Shown here piece by piece: positions 60,252-64,000 of a stretch of 64,000 nt of DNA. The position numbers and the translations under genes were made by a program. Each line of letters starts with the position of its first letter. Position 1 is the first letter of the stretch. The DNA is from Candidatus Sulfomarinibacteraceae bacterium (GTDB taxonomy: Bacteria; Acidobacteriota; Thermoanaerobaculia; Thermoanaerobaculales; Sulfomarinibacteraceae): the NCBI GenBank assembly GCA_963796455.1, contig CAWCLO010000003.1:96001-160000 (forward strand), read 5' to 3'. A model generated the notes under the pieces. That model was not told where the DNA came from, did not search any database, and saw nothing but the letters and a program-made list of their open reading frames with translations.

Positions 60252-60847
60252 GATCGATCCCCGCTGCCGGAGAGTTCGAGCTTGAGCCAGGCCTGGGCAT
60301 GGCGCCAGTCATACTCGACGGTTCGAATGGAAACTCCGAGCACCTCGGCCACCTGATCGACCGTGAGACCGCCAAAAAAGCGCAGCGTGACCACTTTGGC
60401 TTCACGCTCATCGAGTTCAGCCAGACGCTCGAGAGCCGCGTTGAGATCGAGCAGGCTCTCCGGCTCGAGACTGCCGCCGGCAAATTCGTCAAAGGCGCCC
60501 GACAGGGTCACGCTCTGCCACCCTGCGCCACGTTTGATCGCACCGCGTTCGCGGGCGTGATCCACCAACAGGCGTCGCATGACCCGCGCCCCGACGGCAA
60601 AGAAATGGGTTCGGCCCTTCCAATCGGCCCGGGTCTGATCGACAAGTTTGAGATAGGCCTCGTGGACCAGCGCGGTCGGTTGCAGGGTGTGCCCGGGGGT
60701 CTCACGGCTCATATAGCCCCTGGCAAGGCGGCGCAACTCGTCATAGACCACGGGAAAGAGCTTCTCTGACGATGCCGAACCATCGCCGTCCCCCCGACTG
60801 AGCCGGCAGACGATCTCCGTCACGCTGGCTTTTGGGTCGACCGTCAT
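60248..60847 (-). CDS. ECF sigma factor (TIGR02999-type, kinase-associated)
   Basis: YDELRRLA, HTLQPTALVHEAY, RFFGGLT, DWRHAQAWL. Confidence 0.92.
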   Translation of the reverse strand: MTVDPKASVTEIVCRLSRGDGDGSASSEKLFPVVYDELRRLARGYMSRETPGHTLQPTALVHEAYLKLVDQTRADWKGRTHFFAVGARVMRRLLVDHARERGAIKRGAGWQSVTLSGAFDEFAGGSLEPESLLDLNAALERLAELDEREAKVVTLRFFGGLTVDQVAEVLGVSIRTVEYDWRHAQAWLKLELSGSGDRS

Positions 60848-60991
60848 CAGATGTTGCTCCAGACCCGCACATTCTATGGGAATCACCGCACTCGTCCCAC
60901 CATAGCCCACTCAGAAGTACGCGGAGAAAACCGGCACGTTGCAATTTGCAGGGTTTTTCTCGAATTTCCGCGTTAATCAGTGGAGGTGCTC

Positions 60992-61645
60992 ATGAAACAG
61001 AAAACCTGTGTCTTCGGAGTCATTGTTCTTCTTTGTATCGCCACCGCACCCGCCCAGGCTGCGGATCCCGGTTGGCGGGTGCGGGTCTTTGCCGCCGGCT
61101 TCGATCCCGATCTCGACGTCGTCGTACCCGCCGAAAACCCCGAGGAGGTCCGGGTCACCGCCGACAGTGATCTCGGATTCGGCGCCAGCCTCGAGTACCA
61201 GTTCAGCAGTCTCCTCGGGGTCGAGTTGGGGATCATGCAGGCAAGCCCAGAGATCAAGCTGACCGCCGAGGATATCCCGGGCTACGGCGACATTCACCTG
61301 ACGGACTCCATGTCGACAACCGCCGTCAGCCTCGACCTCAACTTCCATCTGACACCCAACAGCCAGTCGTTTGACTTCTATCTCGGCGCCGGTCTGGTCA
61401 ACCTGTCCTACGGGAACCTGAGCTACCTCGAACCGGACGGGGACACGTTGGTTCTCCAGACAAGCAACGATCTCGGTTATTCCGCCAAGGCCGGCATCGG
61501 GATTTCCCTCGGCAAGAACAGCAAATGGGCGGCCTTTGGCAGCCTCCGTTACATCTGGTCGGATTTGGAGGTCACGCAGGAAGAAACAGCGACCTTCGAT
61601 TTCAATATCGTGAACGTCACGGTTGGCATCGCCTACAGCTTCTGA
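60992..61645 (+). CDS. Outer membrane beta-barrel protein (OmpW/OMP_b-brl-like)
   Basis: Signal peptide, YLGAG, terminal GIAYSF. Confidence 0.85.
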   Translation: MKQKTCVFGVIVLLCIATAPAQAADPGWRVRVFAAGFDPDLDVVVPAENPEEVRVTADSDLGFGASLEYQFSSLLGVELGIMQASPEIKLTAEDIPGYGDIHLTDSMSTTAVSLDLNFHLTPNSQSFDFYLGAGLVNLSYGNLSYLEPDGDTLVLQTSNDLGYSAKAGIGISLGKNSKWAAFGSLRYIWSDLEVTQEETATFDFNIVNVTVGIAYSF

Positions 61646-61664
61646 GGACGGATCATGGGCGCGG

Positions 61665-61839
61665 GCCCGTGCCCGTGTCCGTGCCCGGACGGAGAAACCG
61701 CAGATCACGCAGATCGACGCGGATGCCAGGCTCATTGCGAAAGCATCGGCCATCACTTCAATCGAACTGCATTGGCGTCCGGGGTCCTCAACGCAACGGC
61801 GCAATCAATCGGCGGCAAGGGGCGGCTTCGGCCGCCCCT
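61665..61839. repeat. Composite repeat: copy-A-like left end + segment homologous to 36561-36655 + copy of the 55171 hairpin
   Basis: GCCCGTGCCCGTGTCCG 61665-61681 = 1953-1969; AGGGGCGGCTTCGGCCGCCCCT 61818-61839 = 55171-55192. Confidence 0.65.
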
Positions 61840-62089
61840 GTTGGGTGCAGGTTGCACCGAGCAACACAAAGTCACAATTGGTGGAATCAGTGATCTGTCA
61901 ATCGTCCTTTTCGGTCGGAGTGATAGAGGACGATTCTGCGATATGGTGGGGGTCCGACGATCGGCGTCCGAACGCTCTAGGGAGTAACGGTTTTCAACTC
62001 ACCCGAAATCTCTGGTCATCGAAGCCCAATGAAGGCTGGTCGGTCTTTCCGAGGCGCCCCCTCTGACGCCTCCGGCATAGGATAGATCC

Positions 62090-62869
62090 ATGCCGGCACC
62101 ATCCGCCACCAGCGTCTACGTTCAGAATTTCTTTGTGAGCCTGTGGTCCGCGGTGCGCGACCTGCTGCCGATTTTTGTGGTCATCGTGGTCTTCCAGGCA
62201 TTCGTCCTGCGCCAGCCTTTTCCCAACGTGGCTGAGGTACTGGTCGGAGCCTTGTTCGTGGTGGTCGGTCTGATGTTTTTCGTGCAGGGGCTGGAGATGG
62301 GTCTGTTTCCCATCGGTGAGGCGATGGCCTACGCTTTTGCGCGCAAGGGCAGTCTGACGTGGCTCCTGGTCTTTGGTTTTTTGCTCGGCTTTTCCACAAC
62401 GATCGCAGAACCGGCGCTGATCGCGATCGCCGGGGAGGCGGCGAACGTCGCGGCCGAGGCGGATTTCATCGGGTCGGACGACCGTGCCCGTTCCGTTTAC
62501 GCCCTCCAGCTGCGGCTGACCGTCGCTCTGTCCGTCGGTGTGGCGATCGTACTCGGCATATTCCGTATTCTGCGCGGGTGGCCGGTCCAGATCCTGATCA
62601 TCGGCGGATACGTCATTGTCACTCTTTTGACTTTTTTCGCACCCGCCATGATCATCGGGATCGCCTTCGATTCCGGCGGCGTCACGACGTCCACTGTGAC
62701 TGTACCGCTGGTAACCGCTCTCGGTGTCGGCCTGGCCACTTCGATCCAAGGCCGAAACCCGCTGATTGACGGTTTTGGTCTGATCGCACTCGCATCGCTC
62801 CTGCCGATGATCTTTGTGATGCTTTTAGGTATCGTCCGGTTTGGTCCTCAGATTCCAGGGGTCGGATGA
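62090..62869 (+). CDS. DUF1538 membrane protein
   Basis: GLFPIGE, TIAEPAL, AFDSGGVTTSTVTVP, DGFGLIA. Confidence 0.92.
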   Translation: MPAPSATSVYVQNFFVSLWSAVRDLLPIFVVIVVFQAFVLRQPFPNVAEVLVGALFVVVGLMFFVQGLEMGLFPIGEAMAYAFARKGSLTWLLVFGFLLGFSTTIAEPALIAIAGEAANVAAEADFIGSDDRARSVYALQLRLTVALSVGVAIVLGIFRILRGWPVQILIIGGYVIVTLLTFFAPAMIIGIAFDSGGVTTSTVTVPLVTALGVGLATSIQGRNPLIDGFGLIALASLLPMIFVMLLGIVRFGPQIPGVG

Positions 62870-62891
62870 ATAGCGGAAGGAGGGTTTTGTC

Positions 62892-63671
62892 GTGATCGAA
62901 GGCCTCTCCGGTGCGCTACTCGCGACAGCCCGTGACGTGTTCGCGGTCACCGCGCTGCTCCTGAGCTTTCAGTTCTTTGTGCTGCGGAAGCCGATTCCAC
63001 ACTTGAAACGAATGCTCGTCGGTTTCATATTCGTTGTTGTCGGGCTGGCGTTCTTCCTCATGGGCCTCGAGATGGCGCTTTTTCCCCTTGGGCAGCACAT
63101 GGCCACCGAACTATCGTCCCCGGAGTTCGTCTTCGGGACCCTTGCGACGCCCGAGTCACCGCCGTGGTGGAAGTACGGTTGGATCTACCTCTTTGCCGCG
63201 ATCATCGGTTTCTCCACAACCCTGGCGGAACCCGCCCTGATTGCCGTCGCATTCAAGGCCAATGAGGCCTCGCGAGGGACGATCCGGCCCTGGGGGCTTC
63301 GATTGGTCGTCGCCGTCGGTGTGGCCGCAGGCATTTCGCTCGGCACCTTCCGCATCGTCACCGGCACCCCGTTGGTGTGGTTCATCGCGACCGGTTATCT
63401 GGTCGTTCTGGTGCAGACCTTTTTCGCACCGAAGTCGATCATTCCGCTGGCCTACGATTCGGGCGGCGTCACGACCTCCACCGTGACGGTCCCGCTCGTG
63501 ACCGCGCTCGGCCTCGGTTTGAGCGCGACCATACCCGGCCGAAACCCCGCGCTCGACGGTTTCGGGCTGATCGCATTCGCCAGTCTGTTCCCGATGATCA
63601 CGGTCATGGGTTACGCCCAAATCGCCGGGTGGTGGGACCGCATGCGCCTGAAATACCCCGAGGAGGGATGA
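62892..63671 (+). CDS. DUF1538 membrane protein (paralog)
   Basis: TLAEPAL, AYDSGGVTTSTVTVP, DGFGLIA. Confidence 0.92.
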   Translation: MIEGLSGALLATARDVFAVTALLLSFQFFVLRKPIPHLKRMLVGFIFVVVGLAFFLMGLEMALFPLGQHMATELSSPEFVFGTLATPESPPWWKYGWIYLFAAIIGFSTTLAEPALIAVAFKANEASRGTIRPWGLRLVVAVGVAAGISLGTFRIVTGTPLVWFIATGYLVVLVQTFFAPKSIIPLAYDSGGVTTSTVTVPLVTALGLGLSATIPGRNPALDGFGLIAFASLFPMITVMGYAQIAGWWDRMRLKYPEEG

Positions 63672-63672
63672 C

Positions 63673-64000
63673 ATGAATTTCAAAGTTATCGTCGCCGCAC
63701 TCAAACCGGACGTCACCGACAGGGTGGTTGAAGCGGCAAAAGCCTGCGGCATCTCCGGCGCGACCATCGTGCCGGGCCGCGGAACCGGAATGCACGACGC
63801 CAAGACTTTTCTCGGTCTGACCCTCGAGATGCAGACCGATGTCGTCATCTTTCTGGCAGAGGAAGATCTGATCCAACCTGTGATGACGGCAATTCGCACT
63901 GCCGGCAGACTGGACGAGCACGGCACGGGCGTGGTTTTTGTTCTGGGAGTGGATGAGGTGGCCGGCATCAAGGAAGAGATCGTCCGCCGCGGGTCGGAGT
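63673..64000 (+). CDS. P-II family regulator, 3'-truncated by window edge
   Basis: MNFKVIVAALKPD...GISGATIVPGRGTG...GTGVVFVLGVDEVAG. Confidence 0.85.
   Translation, partial: MNFKVIVAALKPDVTDRVVEAAKACGISGATIVPGRGTGMHDAKTFLGLTLEMQTDVVIFLAEEDLIQPVMTAIRTAGRLDEHGTGVVFVLGVDEVAGIKEEIVRRGSE

Overview
GC-rich bacterial chromosomal window, mostly housekeeping and metabolic genes: a topoisomerase II pair (parE/parC-type), pyk, class II DAHP synthase, marR-arsM, M23 peptidase-bactofilin, the gcvT-H-PA-PB operon (gcvPA frameshifted), tricorn protease, holB-tmk, lipA, SPFH-nfeD, MoxR-DUF58-transglutaminase, xerD, suhB, nifJ plus a DHODH-like gene, an ECF sigma-Ser/Thr kinase pair, and DUF1538x2-PII. The gene content is compatible with an anaerobic or facultative diderm such as an Acidobacteriota member, but that is inference only. 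No rRNA, tRNA, CRISPR array or transposase was recognised. The most unusual signal is intergenic. Five copies of a transposase-less dispersed element occur (about 1953-2408, 15305-15571, 45461-45775, 47595-48143, 55211-55965). They share CAGCG/CGCTG-rich inverted flanks and a conserved right terminus (TTGGACAAGAGTGA). The fullest copies have a 136-nt hairpin that buries the RBS of a small four-helix-bundle (IVP/Avd-like) gene. One copy has the gene intact, two have it truncated at 7-nt microhomologies, and two are empty. Around these sit many short-period (7-9 nt) tandem inverted repeats at gene ends, covarying REP-like hairpins and a roughly 900-nt nested repeat cluster at 36.45-37.33 kb.
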